Of a DNA stretch of 64,000 nt, positions 45,881-55,314 are shown piece by piece. The stretch is taken from the IMG/VR virus record IMGVR_UViG_3300043775_000777, positions 26,683 to 90,682 of that record. One strand, 5' to 3'. The translations under genes and the position numbers were made by a program. Within the stretch, counting starts at the first letter, position 1; every line of letters starts with the position of its first letter. The DNA is from a virus. The notes under the pieces are model-generated. The model saw only the letters and a list, made by a program, of their open reading frames with translations, did not search any database and was not told the DNA's origin.

Positions 45881-46075
45881 ATGAAATACATATTTGCATT
45901 TGTATTATTAGGTTTTATTTTGGTATTCTGGTTTGTTGCAAATGCAATGAATAAACCTATACTAAATAAGATGCATAACTATTATGAAGATGATAAAAAT
46001 GGTAGACAATTTGCAAATATGCTTATCGGACTTATTATTATATTGGCATTTTTAATGGGATATCTTGTTGCTTAA
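45881..46075 (+). CDS. Small membrane protein
   Basis: Two TM segments; TATATTTG at 45868. Confidence 0.6.
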   Translation: MKYIFAFVLLGFILVFWFVANAMNKPILNKMHNYYEDDKNGRQFANMLIGLIIILAFLMGYLVA

Positions 46076-46208
46076 TACTCTGTCATCTCCTTTTCCGCAA
46101 TAACTTGTTAACCTGTTAAGCAACTTAATCCTCAGTTTTTTAACTGGGGATTTTTTTATATCAAATATTTTTTGTATATTATAGTGTATATTTATAAAAA
46201 CAATAATC

Positions 46209-47213
46209 ATGGATATTTTAAATTTTATTTCTTGGATAAGAGGACGCAGACAAGTAACATCTGTTGATCCGGCTAAATCTCTATTACCAGTTGGTCTTAA
46301 GGACGGTAGAAGAGATGATGAATACTTAGCAGGTGCTATATCAGTACAAGACTTTACAGCTCAAGTAGCTTCAGTAATTCCATCAGGTGCACAAGGACCG
46401 CAGGGTCCACAGGGTGTGCCCGGACCCGTTGGTCCAGCAGGACTAAATTGGCAGGGTGCATGGTCTGCTTCTGGTGTGTATGTTGTTGATGATGCTGTAG
46501 GATATGGTGGAGCATCTTGGTTTTGTATTGCTAACGTAGGACCTTCAGTAACTACACCTGACTTAGATCCAACTAACTGGGCACTATTGGCTTCTCAAGG
46601 AGCTACAGGACCACAAGGACCTCAAGGTATTCAAGGAATACAAGGACCATCTGGATCAGGATTACCAGGTACTATAACAAGTCAAACTCAATATTGGACG
46701 GGTACACAGTGGGCACCAACTATGGGACTATCAACTACTCCTTCAGCTACTCCAGGAGCTTCAAGAATTGGTATTGGAGGAAGTACTCCAAATACTAGCA
46801 GTTATGCATTAAACGTAATTACAAATGCTAATGGTTTAAGAACTGTTCAATCAAATAGTGGACTTGGAATTAGTAATCAAATGTCAAATACAGCTACATC
46901 ATTTAACTTTGGTGTAAACAATATTAGTGCTAACCCTTTAATTGATAGAGCTGCTTTCTTTAGTCATAATAGTACATTCCCAATTAAGTTTTCTCATAGT
47001 AGTACAGATAGATTAATCATACAAGGTAATGGTCAAGTAGTTATTGGTAACGGTTTTGCATTTTCTCTTGATGCTAATCTAGTTGTTAAAACCGGAGATA
47101 TAGAAACTGAAGAAGCAGGTAAAGGATTAATTCTTACATCATCACCAAGTGGTTTTAGATATAGAATAACTGTATCAGATCTTGGTGTATTAAGTACAAC
47201 TGCTGTACCATAA
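46209..47213 (+). CDS. Collagen-like fibre/adhesin
   Basis: Two Gly-X-Y tracts flanking a WQGAW...W carbohydrate-binding-like module; N-terminus shared with the next gene. Confidence 0.75.
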   Translation: MDILNFISWIRGRRQVTSVDPAKSLLPVGLKDGRRDDEYLAGAISVQDFTAQVASVIPSGAQGPQGPQGVPGPVGPAGLNWQGAWSASGVYVVDDAVGYGGASWFCIANVGPSVTTPDLDPTNWALLASQGATGPQGPQGIQGIQGPSGSGLPGTITSQTQYWTGTQWAPTMGLSTTPSATPGASRIGIGGSTPNTSSYALNVITNANGLRTVQSNSGLGISNQMSNTATSFNFGVNNISANPLIDRAAFFSHNSTFPIKFSHSSTDRLIIQGNGQVVIGNGFAFSLDANLVVKTGDIETEEAGKGLILTSSPSGFRYRITVSDLGVLSTTAVP

Positions 47214-47226
47214 AAAATAAATAATC

Positions 47227-48066
47227 ATGGATATACTTAATTTTATAAACTGGTTAAGGGGCGGAAGACTAGTTAAAACAATTGACCCTGCACAAACATT
47301 AGTACCTGTTGCTACTAGAGATAGTAAACGTGATGATGCTTGGTTGACAAATGCAATGACTGTAGAAGATCTTGGTAGTCAAATACCTGTTGATAGACTA
47401 GTTGCCGGTACATCAGAAGTTGTACTAACTGATAATGCAGGTGATGCTGAGCTAACATTTAGTCCAGGTGATGTAACAATTCAAACCACAGGTTTAGGAG
47501 CAGATCTATTTATTAGAACACTTGGTGGAGATGACATATTTATTGAATCAGGTGATGATATCACACTAAGAGGTGATCAAGGTACTTTTGATGCTGAAGC
47601 TGAAGGTGGAGATATAAATATATATGCTGGAGATGGTTCTGACGGTAATGCTGCTAATGCAGGTTCTGGTGGAGATATTAGAATTGAAGCAGGTGATGCT
47701 GGTAATAGTGTATCAGGTAGCCAAGGAGAAGGTGGTTTTGTAACTATTCGAGCTGGTTACACTACAGCAACTGGTTTACCAGGAGGAGATATTAGTCTTA
47801 TTTCAGGTAATAGTGTAGATGGTATATTTGGTGATGTTATTATCAGTGGCAACTTTACATGGGAATTCTCTACAAGAAATGCAACAATTCTATTTCCTGC
47901 TGTAACTTTAGCTACATTACCAAATCCTGTTTCAGTACCTGGAGCAAGAGCTATGATTGCTGATTCTACTGCATTCGCATCAGGAAACTTTGGTGTTCAG
48001 GCTGTAGGTGGCGGTGCTAATATAGTACCTGTATTTTCAGATGGTACAAATTGGTTACTAGGATAA
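47227..48066 (+). CDS. Gly-rich fibre protein, paralogous N-terminus
   Basis: MDILNFxxWxRG...RDD N-terminus; GGDIxIxAG repeats. Confidence 0.7.
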   Translation: MDILNFINWLRGGRLVKTIDPAQTLVPVATRDSKRDDAWLTNAMTVEDLGSQIPVDRLVAGTSEVVLTDNAGDAELTFSPGDVTIQTTGLGADLFIRTLGGDDIFIESGDDITLRGDQGTFDAEAEGGDINIYAGDGSDGNAANAGSGGDIRIEAGDAGNSVSGSQGEGGFVTIRAGYTTATGLPGGDISLISGNSVDGIFGDVIISGNFTWEFSTRNATILFPAVTLATLPNPVSVPGARAMIADSTAFASGNFGVQAVGGGANIVPVFSDGTNWLLG

Positions 48067-48084
48067 TATTAAAAAATAAAAACC

Positions 48085-48540
48085 ATGTCAATAGGAAATT
48101 TAAAAGATACAGGAAACCAAGGTAATAATTTACCATTCCAGTGGAAAGTTCTACAAGGACTTCAATCAATTATTACTAATGCCTTAAATGTTAATATAGT
48201 AAATCCATTAGGTCAGCAAAAGGCAAGTGATTCAGTATCTACTGTATTAGCTGCTGAACAAGCAAATGGTATAGTACAAGCAGGATTCAGAAGATTTACT
48301 AATTCAGATAGCGATCTTACTGGTTTCCCAATAATATTATCTGTTTCTTTTGCTAGTGTGGGAACTGCTAATGCTAAGATTTCTACAGATGCTGGGTCAA
48401 ATTACACTGATCTTGCCCCAGGGGAAACATTAAACTTAGAAGCAGGTGCTGTTATGAATTATTATGAAGGAACTAACATATATTGGGATACCACAACTAA
48501 TGCAGGTGCTGCGTTATTAGTTGCATATAATTATATATAA
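48085..48540 (+). CDS. Putative structural protein
   Basis: In the fibre operon; beta-rich. Confidence 0.55.
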   Translation: MSIGNLKDTGNQGNNLPFQWKVLQGLQSIITNALNVNIVNPLGQQKASDSVSTVLAAEQANGIVQAGFRRFTNSDSDLTGFPIILSVSFASVGTANAKISTDAGSNYTDLAPGETLNLEAGAVMNYYEGTNIYWDTTTNAGAALLVAYNYI

Positions 48541-49781
48541 TGGGTGTAATTATAAATACTTCTGGTATATCTAATCAATCATTATTGGCTAATGATCAAA
48601 TGTTGGCTGATGCATTTGGTAGAATAAGAGTAAGTGAACCATTTACATTATTTGACTCTAGTCATAGATTTGCAGATAATAATTTGTGGTCAACAGCTAC
48701 TGCTGTAAGTGGGTCTGCTACATTTGATGCTAATGAAGGTTTAATAAACTTAGGTGTAACAGCAGCATCAGGTTCTGAAGTTATTAGAGAAACCACAAAG
48801 GTGTTTTCTTATCAACCTGGTAAGAGTCTTCTTGTTCTTAATACATTTGTAATGAATGCTGCTAAGACAGGGCTTAGACAAAGGGTTGGATATTATGGGG
48901 CATCTAATGGATATTATCTAGAACAGAATGACAGCGCAGTAAGTTTTGTTGAAAGAAGTTCTGTTTCAGGATTATTAGTAAATAATTCAGTTGCTCAAGC
49001 AAATTGGAATGTTGATAAGATGGATGGTTCAGGCCCTAGTGGTATTACACTTGACTTAACAAAAGCTCAGATCTTATTTATGGACTTGGAGTGGTTAGGT
49101 GTGGGAACAGTTAGGATAGGATTCATTATAGATGGCAATTATTATGTTTGCCATAAATTCAACCACGCTAATTTAATTACATCTACATATATTACTACAG
49201 CTTCTTTGCCGTTGAGGTATGAGATAACTAACACAGCTGCTACAGCTAGTTCAAGTAGGTTGAAGCAAATATGTTCTACTGTATTGTCAGAAGGAGGATA
49301 TGAGCTTCGTGGTTTACAACAGGCTGTAGGTACACCAATAACAACACCTAAGACCTTAACTACGGCAGGCACATTGTATCCTATAGTTTCATTAAGATTA
49401 AAATCAACTAGATTAGATGGAATAGCTATAGCTACAGCTGTTTCTATAATAGGAAATACATCTGGTAATTACAATTGGCAATTAATATCATCAGGAGCAA
49501 CTACAGGTGGAACTTGGATTAGTGCAGGAGTAAATACTTCTGTAGAATATAATTTAACAGGAACTGCTTTTGCAGGGGGGAGAATTATAGCATCAGGATA
49601 TTTTACAGCTACAGCAAGTACAAGTGTATCTATTGATATATTAAAGGCTGCATTGTTTAGTAATCAATTAGAAAGAGATGGATTAACAGGAACTCCTTAT
49701 GAGTTTACAATAGCTTTAACGGCAGGTACAAATAATGAAAGTGTATTTGCATCAATGGATTGGGAAGAAGTAAGTAGATAA
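48540..49781 (+). CDS. Putative tail/structural beta-sandwich protein
   Basis: DAFGRIRVSEP...YQPGKS...WLGVG pattern; S/T/G-rich. Confidence 0.55.
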   Translation: MGVIINTSGISNQSLLANDQMLADAFGRIRVSEPFTLFDSSHRFADNNLWSTATAVSGSATFDANEGLINLGVTAASGSEVIRETTKVFSYQPGKSLLVLNTFVMNAAKTGLRQRVGYYGASNGYYLEQNDSAVSFVERSSVSGLLVNNSVAQANWNVDKMDGSGPSGITLDLTKAQILFMDLEWLGVGTVRIGFIIDGNYYVCHKFNHANLITSTYITTASLPLRYEITNTAATASSSRLKQICSTVLSEGGYELRGLQQAVGTPITTPKTLTTAGTLYPIVSLRLKSTRLDGIAIATAVSIIGNTSGNYNWQLISSGATTGGTWISAGVNTSVEYNLTGTAFAGGRIIASGYFTATASTSVSIDILKAALFSNQLERDGLTGTPYEFTIALTAGTNNESVFASMDWEEVSR

Positions 49782-49783
49782 AT

Positions 49784-50386
49784 ATGAGTACAAGAATAGA
49801 CATAAAACCAGTATCTGACCCTCCTGTTGGAGCAACATTGATGAAAACAGGTCAGACAACATCTTATCGAACTGGTGATGATGGTGACCTTGAGGCTGGA
49901 AGAGCTACATCATTTACAGTCTTAGCAAGTAATAATCCTTTTGGTAATACCAATAGATTTACTGATGAGCTTGGTGGTCAGACATACACAAACAACATTG
50001 TCATTGATTGGAGTACTTATAACGGCACAAGGGTTTTAGGAATTTCACGAGTAGCAATAGCAACGGGTCAAACTTGGAATACTGCTATTGATGATTCACT
50101 TTCTTATTCAGTTGGAACTTTTACAAGTGGATGGAGATTACCAAATATTAGGGAGATTTTTAATCTTTTGAACTTTGTTAATGACCAAAATAATTTATTG
50201 AATTATTCACCTTTCAATTTATCTTCAACAGGAAGAGTATACTGGAGTTCAACTACAATTATTGGAGCAACTACACTTGCGTATGCACTTAGTAATATAG
50301 GATTAATTTCACAACAAACTAAAACAACATCATATACTTATTTCAGAGTAAGAACATTTAACGTATCAGGAACAACACTATCATAA
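49784..50386 (+). CDS. Lcl/DUF1566 domain protein
   Basis: KTGQT...GDDG, GWRLPNIRE and YWSST motifs. Confidence 0.75.
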   Translation: MSTRIDIKPVSDPPVGATLMKTGQTTSYRTGDDGDLEAGRATSFTVLASNNPFGNTNRFTDELGGQTYTNNIVIDWSTYNGTRVLGISRVAIATGQTWNTAIDDSLSYSVGTFTSGWRLPNIREIFNLLNFVNDQNNLLNYSPFNLSSTGRVYWSSTTIIGATTLAYALSNIGLISQQTKTTSYTYFRVRTFNVSGTTLS

Positions 50387-50387
50387 T

Positions 50388-50624
50388 ATGGCAACTTATA
50401 AATTCCCTCAGTTCAATGTTGAGATTATCAATCCAACAGTGACAGTCACAACAGTTGTTGATGACATAATCAATAAAGTATGCACAGCAAATGTATTGCT
50501 CTCAACACCTTCTGCAATCTTTGGTGTTGACTTTCCAGGATACACATACACATCTGATTGGTCAGATCAAGATATCATTGATTGGGTTAACAATGTAGAG
50601 CTACCAAAGTATCAAATTAACTAA
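50388..50624 (+). CDS. Hypothetical protein
   Basis: 78-aa ORF. Confidence 0.6.
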   Translation: MATYKFPQFNVEIINPTVTVTTVVDDIINKVCTANVLLSTPSAIFGVDFPGYTYTSDWSDQDIIDWVNNVELPKYQIN

Positions 50625-50688
50625 GTAATTATAATTATATATTAAAATTTTTTTGTATATTATACTGTATATATTTATTATTTGACAA

Positions 50689-50988
50689 ATGGAAAATTGG
50701 GTTTTAACACTAATACTATTCATAGCAGGTACTATATTAACCATATTTGGATTCTTTTTAAGAACTGCTTATTTAGATGCAAGAAAAGATATTGAGCTTT
50801 TAATACAAACAGATCAAAAAAGAGCTGAAGAATTAGGAAAACTAAAAGGTAAGATAGAACTAGTTCAACAGAGTTCTGAATTAAAATACCAAGCTATTCA
50901 AGAGCTTACTCAATTAGAAATAAAAAATCTGGCAAAGAATGTAAGTGAGTTGTCAGATGCAGTAAAACAACTAATAATCAAAAGATGA
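50689..50988 (+). CDS. Holin/hemolysin-like membrane protein
   Basis: N-terminal TM plus coiled coil; first gene of the lysis operon. Confidence 0.5.
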   Translation: MENWVLTLILFIAGTILTIFGFFLRTAYLDARKDIELLIQTDQKRAEELGKLKGKIELVQQSSELKYQAIQELTQLEIKNLAKNVSELSDAVKQLIIKR

Positions 50989-51230
50989 AACAATTAAAAA
51001 AAAGATGGAACTCTAAGACTCCAAAGTTTTGGAAAAGAGTACAACAAATTGCAATAGTAGCCGGAACAGTAGCAGGTGTAATTATTGCAGCTCCAGTAGC
51101 ATTACCAGCAGCGGTAGTAACAGTAGCAACATATGTAGTAACAGCAGGAACAGTAGCTGCTACATTATCACAACTAACAGTTGAGGATACTAAAAAAATA
51201 AAAGATGTTGACAACGCAGCAAACAATTAA
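50985..51230 (+). CDS. Holin-like membrane protein
   Basis: Basic N-terminus and long hydrophobic hairpin; precedes the endolysin. Confidence 0.55.
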   Translation: MKQLKKRWNSKTPKFWKRVQQIAIVAGTVAGVIIAAPVALPAAVVTVATYVVTAGTVAATLSQLTVEDTKKIKDVDNAANN

Positions 51231-51672
51231 GAAGTACGGTACTCCCAATATAACAGGAGAAGGTTACTTAGTAACTGTAAACCTGCCTTATCCAATGAGA
51301 TTAGCTTGGGATACTGACACTACTGTAACTAAATTAAGATGTCATAAGTTAGTTGCTGGTAGTTTTGAAGATGTGTTTAAAGATATTCTAGCTACCTATG
51401 GATTACCTAAGATTAAAGAGTTAGGTATAGACTTGTTTGGTGGATGTTTTAACTTCCGTAAGATGAGAGGAGGCTCTGCTTGGTCAAGACACTCTTGGGG
51501 AATAGCAATAGATTTAGATCCTGCTAGAAACACTTTAAAAGAAACATCTAAGACTGCTAGGTTTGCTAGACCGGAATATAAAGCAATGATTGATATATTC
51601 TACAAACATGGGTTTATATCACTAGGAAGAGAAAAGAATTTTGATTGGATGCACTTTGAAATAGGCTCCTAA
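51205..51672 (+). CDS. M15-family peptidase endolysin
   Basis: FNFRKMRG...[11 protein letters not shown]...DWMHFE. Confidence 0.88.
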   Translation: MLTTQQTIKKYGTPNITGEGYLVTVNLPYPMRLAWDTDTTVTKLRCHKLVAGSFEDVFKDILATYGLPKIKELGIDLFGGCFNFRKMRGGSAWSRHSWGIAIDLDPARNTLKETSKTARFARPEYKAMIDIFYKHGFISLGREKNFDWMHFEIGS

Positions 51673-51696
51673 ATTTAATAACTAAAACAAATAACA

Positions 51697-52005
51697 ATGG
51701 GAAGAAAGAAAAAAGAAGTTAATGTAGAGCTAGAAGTAAAAACAAAAACTAAAAGAGCTTACATTAAGAAAGACAAGAAAAACTTAGATGTAATTATTGA
51801 TACACCTAAAGTTGATGTAGAAGTACATGCTACAGAAACAGAACAACATGTTACTATTGATACTCCTAAACTGGATATTGAAGTAACCAGAAATTCGGAA
51901 GGTTCACAAGTTAAAGTACAAGCTTCTAATAAAGTATTAGAGAAAGTAGGTAAAGTGTATGGAGCTTGGGTTTTAAAACGTCTTGCTAAAAGAAACAAAA
52001 AGTAA
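51697..52005 (+). CDS. Hypothetical protein with internal DTPK(V/L)D(V/I)EV repeats
   Basis: 102-aa ORF with two internal repeats. Confidence 0.7.
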   Translation: MGRKKKEVNVELEVKTKTKRAYIKKDKKNLDVIIDTPKVDVEVHATETEQHVTIDTPKLDIEVTRNSEGSQVKVQASNKVLEKVGKVYGAWVLKRLAKRNKK

Positions 52006-52015
52006 TGAAGTTTAG

Positions 52016-52228
52016 AAACTTGATGTTGTAGTTGATACCGAAAAAGTTGATGTAGAAGTTCATGCAGATGGAGAGAATAAAGAATTTGTATTGGACAGCA
52101 AAAAACTTGATATCAATGTTACTAAGACAGAAGAAGGCACTACTGTAGTAGTAGAATCTGAAAATGCTTTATTAAAAAAAGCAGGTACATTCTTATCTAA
52201 GTATTGGGTTAAAAAATTTAATAAGTAA
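52016..52228 (+). pseudogene. Start-less paralog of the C-terminal part of 51697-52005
   Basis: Frame KLDVVVDTEKVDVEVH...KKLDINVTKTEEG...WVKKFNK aligns with KNLDVIIDTPKVDVEVH...KLDIEVTRNSEG...WVLKR; preceded by an in-frame TAG; no ATG. Confidence 0.75.
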
Positions 52229-52246
52229 CAATTTAAAATAAACACT

Positions 52247-52522
52247 ATGGTACTTTCTGCTGAAGCTCCATCATTTGGAGTATTTGAAACATTGACACAA
52301 TACGGTGCACTTGGTGTAGTTGTACTTGGATTAGGAGCTGTTTTATGGTTTATGTTGAAAAGACAGATTGCCTCAGAAGATAAGTTAAAATCTAAAGTGG
52401 ATGAGTTACAAAAAGAACTCACTACTTATATTGCTTCAGATGCTCATAAAACAACCGAAGCCTTGAATAATAATACAAAGGCATTGGAAAAATTACAAGA
52501 CATTATAATTTCTAAGCGATGA
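52247..52522 (+). CDS. Holin-like membrane protein
   Basis: QYGALG TM helix plus coiled coil. Confidence 0.55.
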   Translation: MVLSAEAPSFGVFETLTQYGALGVVVLGLGAVLWFMLKRQIASEDKLKSKVDELQKELTTYIASDAHKTTEALNNNTKALEKLQDIIISKR

Positions 52523-52872
52523 AAAACAAGCTTATATTACTAGGACTTATAATAATAATCATGGGTCTTATGATTACTCAAATATTTAAGAGTGGTACAG
52601 AGCATGTTGACGTTGTTGATAAAGCAATAACTCTTGAAGTTAGTAATAAAAAATTAACTAAAGAGAATGTCATATTAGAGTCAGATGTAAAACAGCTTGA
52701 GCAAACTGTATTAACAGCAGAAGGTGAATTAGCACAAACACCAGTTGCAGAAACCATTGAGGTTATTAAAAAGGTAAGAATTTACATTCATGACACTATT
52801 GTTATTCATGATACAGTAGTTATTAAAGAACAGAAGAACTTCTGGGGTAAGACTAAATCAGACACACTATGA
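52519..52872 (+). CDS. Spanin-like protein (N-terminal TM + coiled coil)
   Basis: Signal-anchor, heptads and HDTIV repeats. Confidence 0.45.
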   Translation: MKNKLILLGLIIIIMGLMITQIFKSGTEHVDVVDKAITLEVSNKKLTKENVILESDVKQLEQTVLTAEGELAQTPVAETIEVIKKVRIYIHDTIVIHDTVVIKEQKNFWGKTKSDTL

Positions 52873-53159
52873 AAAAGTTTTTTAGAGAGCTCATCTCAGA
52901 TGACAATAAAATCAATGAGCAAGCATTTGTAGGTGTAGTAGCATTCTTTGCTATGGCATTTATTTTAATAGTGGATGTAATTACAGGTATACTAGGTAGA
53001 GAACTTATTATAAAAGAGTTTATCTTTGATGGCTTTATGATTCTTACACTTGGAGCATTTGGAATTACTACTGCTGGTAGAATTATGTCACTCAAAAAAA
53101 AGAACCAAGATGAAAGTAACAAAGACGGGGAAAGCGGGCACCTTATAAATAAAAAGTAA
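52869..53159 (+). CDS. Holin-like 2-TM protein
   Basis: Two TM helices and a charged tail. Confidence 0.55.
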   Translation: MKKFFRELISDDNKINEQAFVGVVAFFAMAFILIVDVITGILGRELIIKEFIFDGFMILTLGAFGITTAGRIMSLKKKNQDESNKDGESGHLINKK

Positions 53160-53317
53160 TGAAGTTTAGAAACAACTGGAAAGGTTCAAGAAGACAATGG
53201 GATAAAGTAATGTTAAGATTTAGAATCTCAGCATTAGATGTATTCACATTAGAACTAGATTATTCCAGAGAATTCTACCTTCTAACTATATTAAATTTTA
53301 CACTTAAAAATAGATAA
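53159..53317 (+). CDS. Small hypothetical protein (52 aa)
   Basis: Hand translation MKFRNNWKGSRRQWDK...; TAATG coupling. Confidence 0.65.
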   Translation: MKFRNNWKGSRRQWDKVMLRFRISALDVFTLELDYSREFYLLTILNFTLKNR

Positions 53318-53319
53318 CT

Positions 53320-53544
53320 ATGAAAAATGGATTAAAAGGAGTTACAGATGCAATGGTCTTCTGTAAATCAATGCAAAAAGGTGGACCAGCTCCAATGATT
53401 AAATCAATGAAAAACTATGCTGAAGGTGGTATGACAGATGCTGAATGTCAAGGATGGCCTCCAAGAAAAGGTTGTCACGGATTTAACAGAAAAGCTGTAT
53501 CTGGAAGTGTTAGAAGAGCACAAAAAAGACCAAGAAGATTTTAA
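53320..53544 (+). CDS. Small basic protein with MQKGG/YAEGG motifs
   Basis: 74 aa; Arg/Lys-rich C-terminus. Confidence 0.6.
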   Translation: MKNGLKGVTDAMVFCKSMQKGGPAPMIKSMKNYAEGGMTDAECQGWPPRKGCHGFNRKAVSGSVRRAQKRPRRF

Positions 53545-53565
53545 ATAATTAATAGAAACTTCTAT

Positions 53566-53596
53566 AATCCAGGTATGTTCTATGCCTGGATTTTTT
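53566..53596 (+). terminator. Intrinsic terminator
   Basis: AATCCAGG/CCTGGATT stem plus U-tract. Confidence 0.75.
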
Positions 53597-53659
53597 GTTT
53601 TAAATATATCTGGTTTAAACTTTTATTGTATATTTGCTTAAACTTAAAATTAAAAACCA

Positions 53660-53965
53660 ATGGAAAACCAACAAGAACAAATGGAGAATCTATCTCCAGA
53701 ACAGCTGGCAGCAAGGAAAGAAGAGATGAAACAATTCTTTGAAGATGCCTTACCTTACTTAAAAGCACAAGCTGAATATGAAAAGTTATTAGCTGATATC
53801 TCAGAAAATAAACTTAAGAGATTACAGTATGATCATCAGTATGCAGTTACTATGTATCAGATAAACAATCCAGAACCATTAGAAGAAGATCTTGATGAAG
53901 AAGGTGTGGAATTAGAAGGAAGAGTTAATCCTGAAACAGCTAAAAGAAAGCTTAAAAAGAATTAA
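53660..53965 (+). CDS. Hypothetical coiled-coil protein
   Basis: After TATATTTG at 53629. Confidence 0.7.
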   Translation: MENQQEQMENLSPEQLAARKEEMKQFFEDALPYLKAQAEYEKLLADISENKLKRLQYDHQYAVTMYQINNPEPLEEDLDEEGVELEGRVNPETAKRKLKKN

Positions 53966-53967
53966 TA

Positions 53968-54348
53968 ATGGCACTTGTTAATCAGGTACAGAAGCGTGTC
54001 AAGATGCCTAAATGGGATGTTGTAAAATTTCAGATACTCACACACTGTTATATTAACCGTATAACTATGAGTGAATCTGATTTGAACTGTCTTACCTTGT
54101 TAAGTTTTAATGAACCTATAGAACTTACAAACTTTTGTTTGGATGCTTCTGCAGAAGAAGATTGGATATTTAAATCACCACAGACTGTTAGAAACTGTAT
54201 TAATAAAGCAGAGAAAAACAATCTTGTGATAAAAGATACAGATAATAAGAAATTGATTATGCTGAATCCAAACTTAATGATTCAGACTAAAGGTTCAATT
54301 TTACTTGACTATAAATTCTTAGGCAATGATACCGAAGAAGGCCAATAA
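53968..54348 (+). CDS. Hypothetical protein (possible winged-helix)
   Basis: SPQTVRNCINKAEK helix pattern. Confidence 0.6.
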   Translation: MALVNQVQKRVKMPKWDVVKFQILTHCYINRITMSESDLNCLTLLSFNEPIELTNFCLDASAEEDWIFKSPQTVRNCINKAEKNNLVIKDTDNKKLIMLNPNLMIQTKGSILLDYKFLGNDTEEGQ

Positions 54349-54715
54349 GTTATATAAACAGTTGTCAGAAGATTTAAATGTTGAAGAGGATTTGATAGAT
54401 AAATTTATTGAACACTACTACAAAGATATAAGGTCAGCATTGGTAAACTTAAAATATCCAAGAATGAATGTTGATGGTTTAGGTCACTTTGTAGCAAAAC
54501 CCACTTTAGTAAGATCTCATATACCAAAATTTACTAAAAATTTATCTGAGCATGATACTTCAACATTTACAGCTTACCATACTAAAAAAGGCTTAGAGTT
54601 AAAGTTAGATCAGCTTATAGAACTAGAACATAAAATAAGTTTAGAGGAAATAAGAAAAGAAGAATTTAAAAAAAACAAAAATGAAAGCAGTACTAAAAAC
54701 AATCTGGGAGAATAG
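54326..54715 (+). CDS. IHF/HU-like DNA-binding protein
   Basis: Helix-helix N-terminus, then MNVDGLGHF (HU/IHF signature); such genes are known upstream of crAss-like terminases. Confidence 0.6.
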   Translation: MIPKKANKLYKQLSEDLNVEEDLIDKFIEHYYKDIRSALVNLKYPRMNVDGLGHFVAKPTLVRSHIPKFTKNLSEHDTSTFTAYHTKKGLELKLDQLIELEHKISLEEIRKEEFKKNKNESSTKNNLGE

Positions 54716-54989
54716 AAAAGGTATCCTAGAAGGAATTAAGAACTCAATCATTAGAGATGAGTTTGTAGAAGACATAGCACGGATGAGACATGATATCTGT
54801 GATGGCTGTGAGCACTTAGATACTAAAGGTAAAGAGTGTGCTGTAAAGAAAACACAACCCTGTTGTGCTGAGTGTGGATGCTCATTAGCATTTAAGACCC
54901 GGTCATTATCATCAGAGTGCCCATTAGGTAAATGGGATGCTATAGCTACAGAAGAACAAGAAGAAGAATTAGATAATCTTAAAGATTAG
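54681..54989 (+). CDS. Cys-rich Zn-binding protein
   Basis: RxxICxxC...CxxCGCxL..KTR...CPLGKW. Confidence 0.7.
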   Translation: MKAVLKTIWENRKGILEGIKNSIIRDEFVEDIARMRHDICDGCEHLDTKGKECAVKKTQPCCAECGCSLAFKTRSLSSECPLGKWDAIATEEQEEELDNLKD

Positions 54990-54993
54990 TATT

Positions 54994-55260
54994 ATGTACA
55001 GTATAAAATGGTGGAAACTATTAATTGTATTTTTTTCAGCAATAGTTTTAGAAGCTAATAGTATTGCAGGTTTTAGATTCTTAATGAATGAAAATTGGAT
55101 GGGTATGGTTATGATGGCTTTTATCAATCCTTTTTTATGTTTACCTATGAACCATTATACAATTGAAGTTAAGAAATTTAAGGAAAGAGCAATTATTGCT
55201 TTAGCATTTAGCATCGGCTTTACAGTAGGGATATTAACAATAAGACCTTTTTTTATATGA
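54994..55260 (+). CDS. Membrane protein
   Basis: Three hydrophobic segments. Confidence 0.6.
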   Translation: MYSIKWWKLLIVFFSAIVLEANSIAGFRFLMNENWMGMVMMAFINPFLCLPMNHYTIEVKKFKERAIIALAFSIGFTVGILTIRPFFI

Positions 55261-55314
55261 GTATAGTAGTCAATGCTAAAGATTATAGCTACAGAAAAAA
55301 GAACAATTAAAGAA

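Larger units (their letters stand above)
51997..53173 (+). mobile_element. ~1.15-kb segment flanked by perfect 23-bp direct repeats
   Basis: AAAAAGTAATGAAGTTTAGAAAC at 51997-52019 and 53151-53173. Confidence 0.65.

Noticed and set aside
46209-50386. Diversity-generating retroelement acting on fibres or the Lcl domain
   Set aside because: No reverse transcriptase and no template/variable repeat pair differing at adenines was seen in the window.
52005-52228. Programmed -1 frameshift joining MKFRN to the start-less frame
   Set aside because: No X XXY YYZ slippery site or stimulatory structure; a recombination scar explains it more simply.
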